NCBI GenBank assembly: GCA_031421935.1
Contig: JANOPQ010000171.1
Location: 1-63,964 of the forward strand
DNA from: Bacteroidota bacterium
Lineage (GTDB): Bacteria; Bacteroidota; Bacteroidia; AKYH767-A; OLB10
Length of the DNA: 63,964 bases
Reading direction: 5' to 3'
The position numbers were made by a program, and so were the translations under genes. The notes under the pieces are model-generated. The model saw nothing but the letters and a program-made list of their open reading frames with translations, did not search any database and was not told the origin of the DNA. Positions 55,098 to 63,964 of this stretch are shown here, in pieces; position 1 is the stretch's first letter; each line of letters begins with the position of its first letter.

Positions 55098-56564
55098 ATG
55101 AAAACAGATCAAAAGTTTATTGGCGAAGGACTCACCTACGACGATGTTTTATTAATCCCCTCCTATTCGGAGATAATGCCTAGGGAAACAGACACATCCA
55201 GTTTTTTCACCAAAAAAATTCCCATCAAAGTTCCTATTATTTCAGCAGCTATGGACACGGTGACCGAAGCAGCGATGGCTATTGCAATGGCCCAAGAAGG
55301 AGCTATTGGAGTTTTACATAAGAATATGAGCATCGATCGTCAAGCAGCTGAAGTTCGAAAAGTGAAACGTAGCGAAAGTGGAATGATCCAAGATCCTTTA
55401 ACCATGTTGGAAGATGGGACCATTGGAGAAGCCTTGAGGGTGATGCGTGATAACAAAATTGGTGGTATTCCCATCATCGATAAAAACGCCAAACTAAAAG
55501 GGATACTCACCAATCGCGATCTTCGTTTTGAGAAAGACATGAAGAAGAAAGTGAACCAAGCCATGACCAAAGATAATTTGATTGTGAGCATTGGAGCCAC
55601 CAGTTTGCAAAAAGCTGAATTGATTCTTCAACGACATAAAATTGAAAAACTACCTGTTGTGGATAAGAGTGGAAAATTGATCGGTTTAATCACTTACAAG
55701 GATATTTTAAAGTTTAAATCACGTCCGAATTCTAACAAAGATGAGTTAGGACGTTTGCGTGTGGCTGCAGCCGTTGGTGTTACTGCCGATACCCTTGAAC
55801 GCGTTGAAGCCCTCGTAAAAGCAGGTGCCGATGCTATTGTAATTGATACAGCACATGGGCACTCGAAAGGAGTGATTGACACCTTGAAAAAAGTAAAAAA
55901 AGCTTTCCCTAAATTACAAGTGGTTGTCGGAAATATTGCCACTCCTGAAGCTGCAAAAGCGCTTGTAAAAGCAGGTGCCGATGCCGTGAAAGTGGGAATT
56001 GGACCTGGATCAATTTGCACAACACGTGTGATTGCAGGAGTTGGAGTCCCACAATTTTGGGCTGTTTATGAAGTAGCAAAAGCTTTAAAAGGAACCGGAA
56101 TTCCGATTATCGCCGATGGAGGAATTCGATTTACGGGTGATATAGCCAAAGCCATTGCTGCAGGTGCAAGTACCGTAATGATTGGATCTCTTTTCGCTGG
56201 GACTGAAGAATCTCCAGGTGAATTGATGATTTACGAAGGAAGAAAATACAAAGTTTATAGAGGGATGGGCTCCATCGAAGCGATGAAAGAAGGATCGAAA
56301 GATCGCTACTTTCAGGATGCAGAAGATGATATCAAAAAGTTAGTTCCAGAAGGAATTGTTGGTCGGGTTCCGTACAAAGGTGGCGTTGCCGATGAGGTAT
56401 ACCAAATGGTGGGTGGATTAAAAGCATCGATGGGCTATTGCGGAGCTAAAAATGTAACGAAACTGCAGGATGCAAAATTCATACGTATAACGTCGTCGGG
56501 TATCCGTGAAAGCCATCCGCATGATGTGACAGTGGTTAGAGACGCACCCAATTATTCGAGATAA
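55098..56564 (+). CDS. guaB: IMP dehydrogenase
   Basis: Contains [10 protein letters not shown], a CBS pair, and the catalytic loop [14 protein letters not shown] 55098 is supported by a TACTTTTG -7 box (55066..55073) that overlaps the track's TTG start. Confidence 0.95.
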   Translation: MKTDQKFIGEGLTYDDVLLIPSYSEIMPRETDTSSFFTKKIPIKVPIISAAMDTVTEAAMAIAMAQEGAIGVLHKNMSIDRQAAEVRKVKRSESGMIQDPLTMLEDGTIGEALRVMRDNKIGGIPIIDKNAKLKGILTNRDLRFEKDMKKKVNQAMTKDNLIVSIGATSLQKAELILQRHKIEKLPVVDKSGKLIGLITYKDILKFKSRPNSNKDELGRLRVAAAVGVTADTLERVEALVKAGADAIVIDTAHGHSKGVIDTLKKVKKAFPKLQVVVGNIATPEAAKALVKAGADAVKVGIGPGSICTTRVIAGVGVPQFWAVYEVAKALKGTGIPIIADGGIRFTGDIAKAIAAGASTVMIGSLFAGTEESPGELMIYEGRKYKVYRGMGSIEAMKEGSKDRYFQDAEDDIKKLVPEGIVGRVPYKGGVADEVYQMVGGLKASMGYCGAKNVTKLQDAKFIRITSSGIRESHPHDVTVVRDAPNYSR

Positions 56565-56587
56565 AATTCATTCAAAATTTGCTTTTA

Positions 56588-56615
56588 AAAAGATGGGCAT
56601 TCCGTCTTTTTTTGA
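56588..56615 (+). terminator. intrinsic terminator
   Basis: AAAGATGGG-CAT-TCCGTCTTT forms a stem with two G-U pairs. A T-tract follows. Confidence 0.55.
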
Positions 56616-56862
56616 TTTTTTTTTAGATTAATTAATCATTATTAACATATACTTAATACCCTTTACTGAGGGTAAAATTTACTTGCTTTTTCAATTTCAT
56701 CTCCTCATATTAGTTGACCATCAGTCATTCTCTCAAAATTAGTTACAAACATTGTGAGGGCGGGAGCAGGTTTTTCACCATTTTTTCATTGGAAAGATGG
56801 GCAAACAGTCTCGAAAAGAGGAGAGAATTATTACATTTGCCTCCCTATAAATTAGGTGAATT

Positions 56863-58902
56863 ATGACAAAAGCAATTCTTTACTCTCTTCTTCTCTCTGT
56901 GGCTGCTGTATCACAGGTACCAGCACAAACCAAGAAATCGGCACCTACAAAGGCAATTTCTTCTCCTGTAAAAGCTTCTAAACCAACAAGCACCACGCAA
57001 GTGACGACCGACCCTATCCTCATGGTAGTGGCGGGAGAAAATGTACCAAAATCGGAGTTTGATCGCGTTTTCCGTAAAAACAACAAGGATTCGGTATTTA
57101 CTGAAGCTTCTGTAAGAGAATATCTCGACTTATACATCAACTACAAATTGAAGGTGAAAGAAGCGGAATCTATGAAAATGGACACGAGCGAAACCTTCAA
57201 AAATGAACTTTCAGGTTACAACAAGCAATTAGCACAACCTTATCTTACGGATAAAGATGTGAGTGAAAATCTAATTCAAGAAGCTTATGAACGTCTGGGT
57301 AAAGACGTAAAGGCAAGTCATGTCTTATTAAAAGTTAATCCTGACGCCCTTCCAAAGGATACTGTTCTTGCCTACAATCGCATCCTAAAAATTCGTGATA
57401 TGATCATGAAAGGAGCTGATTTTGGCAAAGTAGCACGCGATTCAAGTGAAGATCCATCAGCAAAAGAGAACAATGGAGAACTAGGATATTTTACTGGAAT
57501 GCAGATGGTATATCCTTTTGAAACTGTTGCATTCAATACAAAGCCAGGAACGGTTTCCATGCCGGTTCGCACTCGATTTGGTTATCACATCATAAAAGTA
57601 TTAGATATTCGTCCAGCACAAGGAGAAATTCAAACGGCTCATATCATGATTCGTATTCCAAAGGATGCTAATGATAGTTTAATGAAAGCATCTGAACTCA
57701 GAATGAACGAAGTGGTGCAAGCTTTGAAAAATGGAATGCCTTGGGATTCTGCAGTTGCCATGTACAGCGAAGACAAAGGATCTGTAAAAAAAGGCGGTGA
57801 GCTTCCTTGGTTTGGTACTGGGAAGATGGTACCAGAATTTGAGAAAGCAGCTTTTGCACTTAAAAATAAAGGTGACCGCAGTGGGATTATCAAAACAACG
57901 TATGGTTTTCATGTCATTCAATTACTCGACAAGCGTGGAATACCTCCATTTGCTGAGAAGAAAGCAGAGCTAAAACAATTGATCGCTCGTGACAGCAGAA
58001 ATGAAGCAAGTCGAATGAGCATGGTGACTAAAATTAAAAAAGCATATAAGTATAAAGAAACTCCTAAGGTGAAAGATGAATTCATCGCGAGCCTCGACAG
58101 TAGCGTATCAGAAGGAGAATGGGATTTATCAACAGCCGATAAATTCACAAAAAATATTTTCTCTTTGACGGATTCAAGTGGTGTGGTGACAAATTATACT
58201 CAGCAAGATTTTGCAAAATACGTTAGTACACATCAAACCAAAAGAACAGGAAACAACCCTCAAGCGATTGGCTACTCTATGTATGATCAGTGGGTAGGTG
58301 ATGCTGTGCTTAGCTATTTAGAAGAAAGACTTGAAAAGATTTATCCTGACTTCCGAAATTTAATGCGTGAATACAGAGATGGTATTTTGCTTTTTGACTT
58401 AACAGATAAAATGGTTTGGAGCAAAGCCGTAAAAGATACTGCTGGTCTTGAAGTATATCATGAAGCGAATAAAAACAACTACAAATGGGCAGAAAGATGC
58501 GATGTAACCATCTATACTTGTGCCGATGCAAAATTAGCTGCTGAACTTCGCAAAGGACTTACCAAGAAGAAAAAAACGTCTACTGAAATAATTGCTGGCT
58601 TGAATAAAACCAATGCAAGCGCGGTAACTACACGTGACGGAAAATTTGGTCATGGAGAAAATGAAATCGTGGAAGCTGCAGGCTGGAAAACGGGCTTGAG
58701 TGCAGATGTTGTTAAAAACAATATGGTTCATATTGTAGATGTAAAATCCATCTTACCTCCTACTCCAAAAACATTAGAAGAAGCAAAAGGCGTTGTTACT
58801 GCCGACTATCAAACACACTTGGAAAAAACATGGTTACAAAGTTTACACGACAAATACAGTGTAAAAGTGAATAACGAAGTTTTAGAATCGATGTGGAAAT
58901 AG
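56863..58902 (+). CDS. periplasmic peptidyl-prolyl isomerase (PpiC/parvulin type, PpiD/SurA-like)
   Basis: Signal peptide present. There are two parvulin cores (ASHVLL...GELGYFTGMQMVYPFE...GYHIIKV and GGELPWFGTGKMVPEFE...GFHVIQL). A TACATTTG -7 box lies at 56832..56839. Confidence 0.8.
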   Translation: MTKAILYSLLLSVAAVSQVPAQTKKSAPTKAISSPVKASKPTSTTQVTTDPILMVVAGENVPKSEFDRVFRKNNKDSVFTEASVREYLDLYINYKLKVKEAESMKMDTSETFKNELSGYNKQLAQPYLTDKDVSENLIQEAYERLGKDVKASHVLLKVNPDALPKDTVLAYNRILKIRDMIMKGADFGKVARDSSEDPSAKENNGELGYFTGMQMVYPFETVAFNTKPGTVSMPVRTRFGYHIIKVLDIRPAQGEIQTAHIMIRIPKDANDSLMKASELRMNEVVQALKNGMPWDSAVAMYSEDKGSVKKGGELPWFGTGKMVPEFEKAAFALKNKGDRSGIIKTTYGFHVIQLLDKRGIPPFAEKKAELKQLIARDSRNEASRMSMVTKIKKAYKYKETPKVKDEFIASLDSSVSEGEWDLSTADKFTKNIFSLTDSSGVVTNYTQQDFAKYVSTHQTKRTGNNPQAIGYSMYDQWVGDAVLSYLEERLEKIYPDFRNLMREYRDGILLFDLTDKMVWSKAVKDTAGLEVYHEANKNNYKWAERCDVTIYTCADAKLAAELRKGLTKKKKTSTEIIAGLNKTNASAVTTRDGKFGHGENEIVEAAGWKTGLSADVVKNNMVHIVDVKSILPPTPKTLEEAKGVVTADYQTHLEKTWLQSLHDKYSVKVNNEVLESMWK

Positions 58903-58916
58903 TATTAATATAATCA

Positions 58917-59813
58917 TTGTTGACTAAAGCAAGATTCATTCAAAAAGAGCAAGGCGCGCTGATCATCATTTGCAGCTGCTTGCTCTTTTTGACATTTAGT
59001 TCTTGTCAGAAAAAAAGTAATACTTCAGACGCCAGCGAAAGAGTAATTGCTCGAGTATACGACAAATACCTTTATGCAACCGACATTCGAAATTTAGTTC
59101 CGAAGGGTGTTAGCAAGAATGATAGCTTAACCATTATTCGCTCGTATGTTCAAAACTGGATTCAACAACAGTCGGTACTAAAAAGAGCAGAAGACAATTT
59201 AGATGATGAGCGAAAAAATGTTGATAAGAAGTTAGAAGAATATAGAAATTCATTAATAACCTATATTTACGAGAGTGAATTAATCAAACAGAAATTAGAC
59301 ACATCCATTAGCAATGAGGACATTGAAAAATACTACAATGAAAATCAAAATAACTTCCAATTAAAAAACAACATCCTTCAAGTACTTTATTTCAAACTGC
59401 CCAAAACAGCACCTAAGCTACCCAAAGTTAAAGGATGGTTTAGAAGTACTAACGCGAAAGACCGAAAGCAATTAGAAGAATATTGTTATCAATTCGCAAC
59501 CGACTATTATTTTAATGACGAAGAATGGCTTCTTTTTGATGATTTACTCAAGAAAATACCCATTAAAACCTACGATCAAGAGCAATACCTCAAAAACAAT
59601 AGGTTCATTGAAATACCCGATTCAACACATATTTTCTTTGTAAATATCAAAGGATTTAAAATAAAAGAAAGCTTATCACCGTTGAACTTCGAGAGAGAAA
59701 ATATTTGGAATCTCATCATCAACAATCGCAAGCTGGAATTAATTCGTGAAATGGAAAAAGACGCCTACCAAGATGCACTACAAAAGAAAGAAATTGAAAA
59801 TTGGATTAAGTAG
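58917..59813 (+). CDS. lipoprotein, SurA-N-like chaperone-domain protein (hypothetical)
   Basis: TTG start and lipobox LTFSSC. It is helical and charged, and sits between two PPIase genes. Confidence 0.5.
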   Translation: MLTKARFIQKEQGALIIICSCLLFLTFSSCQKKSNTSDASERVIARVYDKYLYATDIRNLVPKGVSKNDSLTIIRSYVQNWIQQQSVLKRAEDNLDDERKNVDKKLEEYRNSLITYIYESELIKQKLDTSISNEDIEKYYNENQNNFQLKNNILQVLYFKLPKTAPKLPKVKGWFRSTNAKDRKQLEEYCYQFATDYYFNDEEWLLFDDLLKKIPIKTYDQEQYLKNNRFIEIPDSTHIFFVNIKGFKIKESLSPLNFERENIWNLIINNRKLELIREMEKDAYQDALQKKEIENWIK

Positions 59814-61143
59814 TTTTTGCTTACTGCTTTGCAGTATGACTCTTGTTGCTCAACCACAAAGTGAAATTGTAGTTGACAAAGTAGCTGCAGTGGTGGGAAA
59901 TCATATCATCTTGCTTTCAGACATAGAAACGCAATATCAGCAATTTCTTACCCAAACCACATTAGGTGAAGCGGAGCTAAAATGCCGGATCATTGACCAA
60001 CTTTTACTCAACAAACTTCTATTACATCAATCAGCGATTGATAGTATTGTGGTAACCGATGATCAGGTAGAACAAAAGATCAATCAAAACATGGCCTATT
60101 ATATTTCTCAAATTGGTTCTGCAGAGAAACTGGAGAAGTACTATGGGAAGTCGATAGGGCAATTAAAAGAAGAGTTTCGACCCATGATCAAAGATCAACT
60201 GTTGATTCAACAAATGCAGAGTAAAGTAACCAGCACTGTAAATGCGAATCCTTCGGATGTAAAAGCTTTCTTTGATAATATTCCTAAAGACAGTTTGCCA
60301 CTCATCAATGCCGAGGTAGAATATACTCAAATTTTGAAAAATGTTCCAGTAGGCGAAGAAGAAAAAGCGAAAGCGAAGGAGCAAATCACTATCCTCAGAA
60401 ACCGAATATTAGCCGGTGAAGATTTTGGAACATTAGCCCTACTCTATTCGCAAGATAAAGAGAGCGCGAAACAAAATGGGGAATTAGGATTTGTAAATCG
60501 TGGAGACTTAGTTCCTGAATTTGAAGCGGCTGCTTTTAGGTTAAAAAACGTAGTGGATATTTCTCCCGTAATTGAAACTCAATTTGGATTTCATATCGTT
60601 CAATTGATCGAAAGAAGAGGCGAAAAAATTAATGTACGTCATATTTTAATTCCTGTAAAAGTGACCAATGACGACATCATTCGTTCTCAAGCAGAGATGG
60701 ACACTTTGGTGAGTAAACTTAAAAGCGGAGAAATAAAATTCTCTGAAGCCGCCGAAAAGTATTCGGATGATAAGGATACAAAGCTGAACGGGGGATTAGT
60801 AGTGAATCCAGCAACTGGATCTTCGCATTTTGAAGCCGACATGGTGGATCCTGTAATATTGTTTCAATTAGACAAAATGCAAGTAGGTGAATACTCAAAT
60901 CCCATCTCCACCACGAGCAGAGAAGGAGGTCAAGGATTTAGAATTTTGTTCCTTAAATCAAGATCGGAACCACATCGCTTAAATCTCAAAGACGATTACC
61001 AACGCTTGCAAGAATTAGCACTCACCGACAAACAAAACACAGTGTTGGAGCAATGGAGAAACAAAAAGAAATTAATTACGTATATACGTATTGGTGATGA
61101 TTACAAAACGTGCCCTAGTGTTAAAGACTGGGTAGCCCAATAA
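59773..61143 (+). CDS. SurA-like peptidyl-prolyl isomerase
   Basis: It has a SurA N-terminal chaperone region (VDKVAAVVGNHIILLSDIE) and a parvulin core (GELGFVNRGDLVPEFE...GFHIVQL). I chose ATG 59773; the track's earlier GTG is less likely. Confidence 0.8.
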   Translation: MHYKRKKLKIGLSSFCLLLCSMTLVAQPQSEIVVDKVAAVVGNHIILLSDIETQYQQFLTQTTLGEAELKCRIIDQLLLNKLLLHQSAIDSIVVTDDQVEQKINQNMAYYISQIGSAEKLEKYYGKSIGQLKEEFRPMIKDQLLIQQMQSKVTSTVNANPSDVKAFFDNIPKDSLPLINAEVEYTQILKNVPVGEEEKAKAKEQITILRNRILAGEDFGTLALLYSQDKESAKQNGELGFVNRGDLVPEFEAAAFRLKNVVDISPVIETQFGFHIVQLIERRGEKINVRHILIPVKVTNDDIIRSQAEMDTLVSKLKSGEIKFSEAAEKYSDDKDTKLNGGLVVNPATGSSHFEADMVDPVILFQLDKMQVGEYSNPISTTSREGGQGFRILFLKSRSEPHRLNLKDDYQRLQELALTDKQNTVLEQWRNKKKLITYIRIGDDYKTCPSVKDWVAQ

Positions 61144-61162
61144 ATATTTTTATAAAATAAAT

Positions 61163-62134
61163 ATGAATCAAAAATATAGTTCAGACGTCGAAGCCGTAGA
61201 TGGTTTACGTGATGCCTATCAACAGTTAAGAAATGAAATTGGTAAAGTAATCATCGGACAGGATCAGGTGGTCAAGGATTCACTCATTTCCATTTTTAGT
61301 AATGGTCACTGTTTATTGGTTGGAGTACCAGGATTAGCAAAAACATTATTGGTAAATACTATTGCACAGGTGTTGGGATTGAGTTACAACCGTATTCAAT
61401 TCACTCCTGATTTAATGCCCAGTGATATTATTGGAACCGAAATTTTAGATGAGAATAGACACTTTCGCTTTGTGAAAGGTCCATTGTTTGCCAATATTAT
61501 TCTTGCGGATGAGATTAATAGAACACCACCAAAAACACAAGCAGCTTTATTAGAAGCGATGCAAGAACGTGCGGTAACGGCAGCAGGTAATCGCTATGAA
61601 TTACCAAAACCTTTCTTTGTATTGGCTACACAAAATCCAATTGAACAAGAAGGAACCTATCCATTACCTGAAGCACAATTAGACCGTTTCATGTTTAATG
61701 TAATGTTAGACTATCCGAGTTTAGAAGAAGAATTATTAGTTGTAAAAAACACAACGAGCAATTATAGTCCTACGCTTAGTAAAATTTTAACTGGAGAAGA
61801 AATTAGTTATTTCCAACAATTGATCCGTCGTATACCGGTTCCTGATAATGTTATGCAGTATGCAGTTTCACTTTCTGCAAAAACGCGTCCGAACACAGCC
61901 CACGCTGCACCTATAGCCAATGAATATTTAAATTGGGGAGCAGGACCACGTGCATCACAATTCTTAGTGGTAGGCGCTAAATGTAATGCCGTATTGAATG
62001 GGAAATACTCTCCCGATATTGAAGATGTAAAAGCCATTGCTCCTGCTATTTTACGCCATCGTATTGTTAAAAATTTCAAAGCAGAAGCAGAAGGAATTAG
62101 TGTAGAGAAAATCATTGAAGATCTTCTTGCTTAA
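61163..62134 (+). CDS. MoxR-family AAA+ ATPase
   Basis: Walker A is GVPGLAKT and Walker B is ILADEINR. 323 aa. Confidence 0.9.
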   Translation: MNQKYSSDVEAVDGLRDAYQQLRNEIGKVIIGQDQVVKDSLISIFSNGHCLLVGVPGLAKTLLVNTIAQVLGLSYNRIQFTPDLMPSDIIGTEILDENRHFRFVKGPLFANIILADEINRTPPKTQAALLEAMQERAVTAAGNRYELPKPFFVLATQNPIEQEGTYPLPEAQLDRFMFNVMLDYPSLEEELLVVKNTTSNYSPTLSKILTGEEISYFQQLIRRIPVPDNVMQYAVSLSAKTRPNTAHAAPIANEYLNWGAGPRASQFLVVGAKCNAVLNGKYSPDIEDVKAIAPAILRHRIVKNFKAEAEGISVEKIIEDLLA

Positions 62135-62162
62135 TTCAACATTCTACTTTTACAATAACATT

Positions 62163-62188
62163 CGGTCCCTATTGGGGCCGTTTTTTTT
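62163..62188 (+). terminator. intrinsic terminator
   Basis: CGGTCCC-TATT-GGGGCCG followed by TTTTTTTT. Confidence 0.75.
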
Positions 62189-62376
62189 GATTATTAAAAT
62201 TGCTTTTACCTCTCCTCAAATCCTATTCCTCGACTTAAAGAACTGATAAAGTATCAATTACAATCAAAATGTAAATAAAAAATTAATAGCGAATTGAATA
62301 GCCAAAGACTTTCATCATATTATCCTTAAAAAACGAATGAATGCATGTATTTTTGCATTCCAATTTCAACATTATT

Positions 62377-63303
62377 ATGACAACAGAAAAAGTTCAACTA
62401 CTTATTATAGGTTCGGGTCCAGCAGGTTACACAGCAGCAATTTACGCAGCACGAGCTGATTTAAAACCATTACTTTACCAAGGATTGCAGCCAGGCGGAC
62501 AATTAACTATTACCACTGAAGTTGAGAATTACCCAGGTTATCCGGAAGGAATTCAAGGTCCGGAAATGATGATGGATTTTGAAAAGCAAGCCAAACGTTT
62601 TGGTACCGACATCCGTTTTGGATATGCGAGCTCAGTTGATTTTACTGGAAAGACGAAAAAAGTTGTCATTGATGAAAATCATACGATTGAAGCGGATGCT
62701 GTTATTATAGCAACAGGAGCTAGTGCAAAATGGTTAGGATTAGAGTCAGAAAAAAAATTCAATGGTTTTGGAGTTAGTGCATGTGCGGTTTGTGATGGAT
62801 TCTTTTTCCGCGGACAAGATGTAGCCATTGTAGGTGCTGGAGATACGGCGGCAGAAGAAGCATCGTACTTAGCCAAGCTTTGTAGAAAAGTTTATTTACT
62901 AGTTCGCAAACCCGAAATGCGTGCATCAAAAGCGATGCAACATCGTGTACTAAATACTCCAAACATTGAAGTAATGTTCAATCACGAAACCGTTGAGATT
63001 TTAGGCGACAAAGGAGTGAATGCTGTAAAAATAGTAAACAATATCACCCAAGAAGAAAAAGTATTAGATGTTACTGGATTTTTTGTTGCCATTGGACACG
63101 ATCCTAACACTCAAATTTTCAAAGGACAATTAGAGTTAGATGCGAACGGTTACATCATCACCAAGCCAGGTTCAACATACACTAGTGCAGAAGGTGTTTT
63201 TGCGGCTGGTGATGTACAAGATCATGTGTATCGCCAAGCAGTAACAGCAGCTGGTACAGGATGTATGGCTGCGTTGGATGCGGAGCGTTGGCTCGCTCAT
63301 TAA
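62377..63303 (+). CDS. trxB: thioredoxin-disulfide reductase
   Basis: Contains GSGPAGYTAA, the redox-active CAVCDG, and GAGDTAAEEA. ATG 62377 is supported by a TATTTTTG -7 box at 62348..62355. Confidence 0.93.
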   Translation: MTTEKVQLLIIGSGPAGYTAAIYAARADLKPLLYQGLQPGGQLTITTEVENYPGYPEGIQGPEMMMDFEKQAKRFGTDIRFGYASSVDFTGKTKKVVIDENHTIEADAVIIATGASAKWLGLESEKKFNGFGVSACAVCDGFFFRGQDVAIVGAGDTAAEEASYLAKLCRKVYLLVRKPEMRASKAMQHRVLNTPNIEVMFNHETVEILGDKGVNAVKIVNNITQEEKVLDVTGFFVAIGHDPNTQIFKGQLELDANGYIITKPGSTYTSAEGVFAAGDVQDHVYRQAVTAAGTGCMAALDAERWLAH

Positions 63304-63423
63304 TTTGAAAATTTGAAGATGAGTTAATTTGAAAATGTATTTTGAAAGTTAATTTAATTAGGAAATGTATTTTAAAAAATGAGTTGTAAAGTACCATTTA
63401 TCACATTTTCAAATTTTCAAATT
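63302..63423. repeat. TTTGAAAAT-word arrays in inverted arrangement between convergent genes
   Basis: AATTTGAAAATTTGAA (63302..63317) and TTCAAATTTTCAAATT (63408..63423) form a perfect 16-bp inverted repeat 90 nt apart. More TTTGAA/TTCAAA words lie inside. The arrays begin at both stop codons (63303 and 63438). Confidence 0.8.
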
Positions 63424-63437
63424 GAATCATTTTCAAA

Positions 63438-63964
63438 TCAAACATATCCCATCACCTTATACATCAAAATCCCAATCCATTCATGCAATAGTAAATCCCA
63501 CTGCGTAAGACATTCGGCATCGGGTTGAATAATTTTATCGAGTGTATTGATATATGTAGCAGAGCGGGTATCGACAGAAAACGGTTCCACTTTTAAATTC
63601 ACTTTTTCAAAACACATTAGTGAACGACGCATGTGAAATGCAGAAGTAATTAATAAAAAACGGCTGCCGTACTTTTTATCTTTTAAAATAGTATTCGAAA
63701 GTATGGCATTTTCATAAGTATTTCTACTTCCATTTTCGAGGATGATATCTTCTTCTGGGACACCGCTTTTCAATAATACGGAAGCAATTAATCCCGACTC
63801 CTTCCAATCCTGAAAATTCACAAAACCAGATCCACCCGAGAGTAATATCTTCTTAATTTTTTTTTCGTGATACAATTGCAAGGCTTGAAGTAGACGATCT
63901 ACACTAGAAGAGTAAACAACACGATCTACACTTTGATCATAATAGCGCATACTTCCTCCTAAAA
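63438..63964 (-). CDS. DUF218 (YdcF/ElyC-family) protein, 5' end probably beyond the right edge
   Basis: DUF218 core: ILLSGGSG...NTYENA...LLITSAFHMRR. The reading frame stays open upstream of ATG 63950 to the window end (..LGGSM..), so the true start may lie outside the window. Confidence 0.7.
   Translation of the reverse strand, partial: LGGSMRYYDQSVDRVVYSSSVDRLLQALQLYHEKKIKKILLSGGSGFVNFQDWKESGLIASVLLKSGVPEEDIILENGSRNTYENAILSNTILKDKKYGSRFLLITSAFHMRRSLMCFEKVNLKVEPFSVDTRSATYINTLDKIIQPDAECLTQWDLLLHEWIGILMYKVMGYV

Overview
This is a low-GC Bacteroidota chromosome segment. The evidence is T9SS C-terminal sorting domains, a PorQ-like gene, TAnnTTTG -7 promoter boxes close to start codons, and several TTG starts. 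The left ~7.6 kb is a visibly more AT-rich defence island, all on the minus strand. It holds a SPARTA module (TIR-APAZ plus short pAgo); the pAgo gene is cut by the left window edge and is missing from the ORF track. Directly upstream, with almost no spacing, sits a Type II R-M unit: HTH controller, N6-adenine methyltransferase and a BsuBI/PstI-like endonuclease. Further upstream are a multi-domain HNH nuclease (Type IV-like), a GYF-domain membrane protein and a small orphan. The remaining ~56 kb is mostly housekeeping: EF-G paralog, rnz, pyrB/pyrR, rpsA, ispH, cmk, prolyl oligopeptidase, two POT transporters, pfkA, pyrD, mntR-mntH, smpB, glyA, an M16 peptidase pair, guaB, a SurA/PpiC chaperone cluster, moxR and trxB. 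Several T9SS cargo proteins are interspersed, including a 2659-aa adhesin built from ~570-nt tandem units. The main signal not explained by genes is a set of dispersed short-period (mostly 7-nt) degenerate word arrays. They start at or within a few nt of stop codons, often run into a T-tract, and are often paired with an inverted copy. Two families recur at distant loci with near identity. All calls come from reading the sequence and from recalled family motifs; no searches were run.
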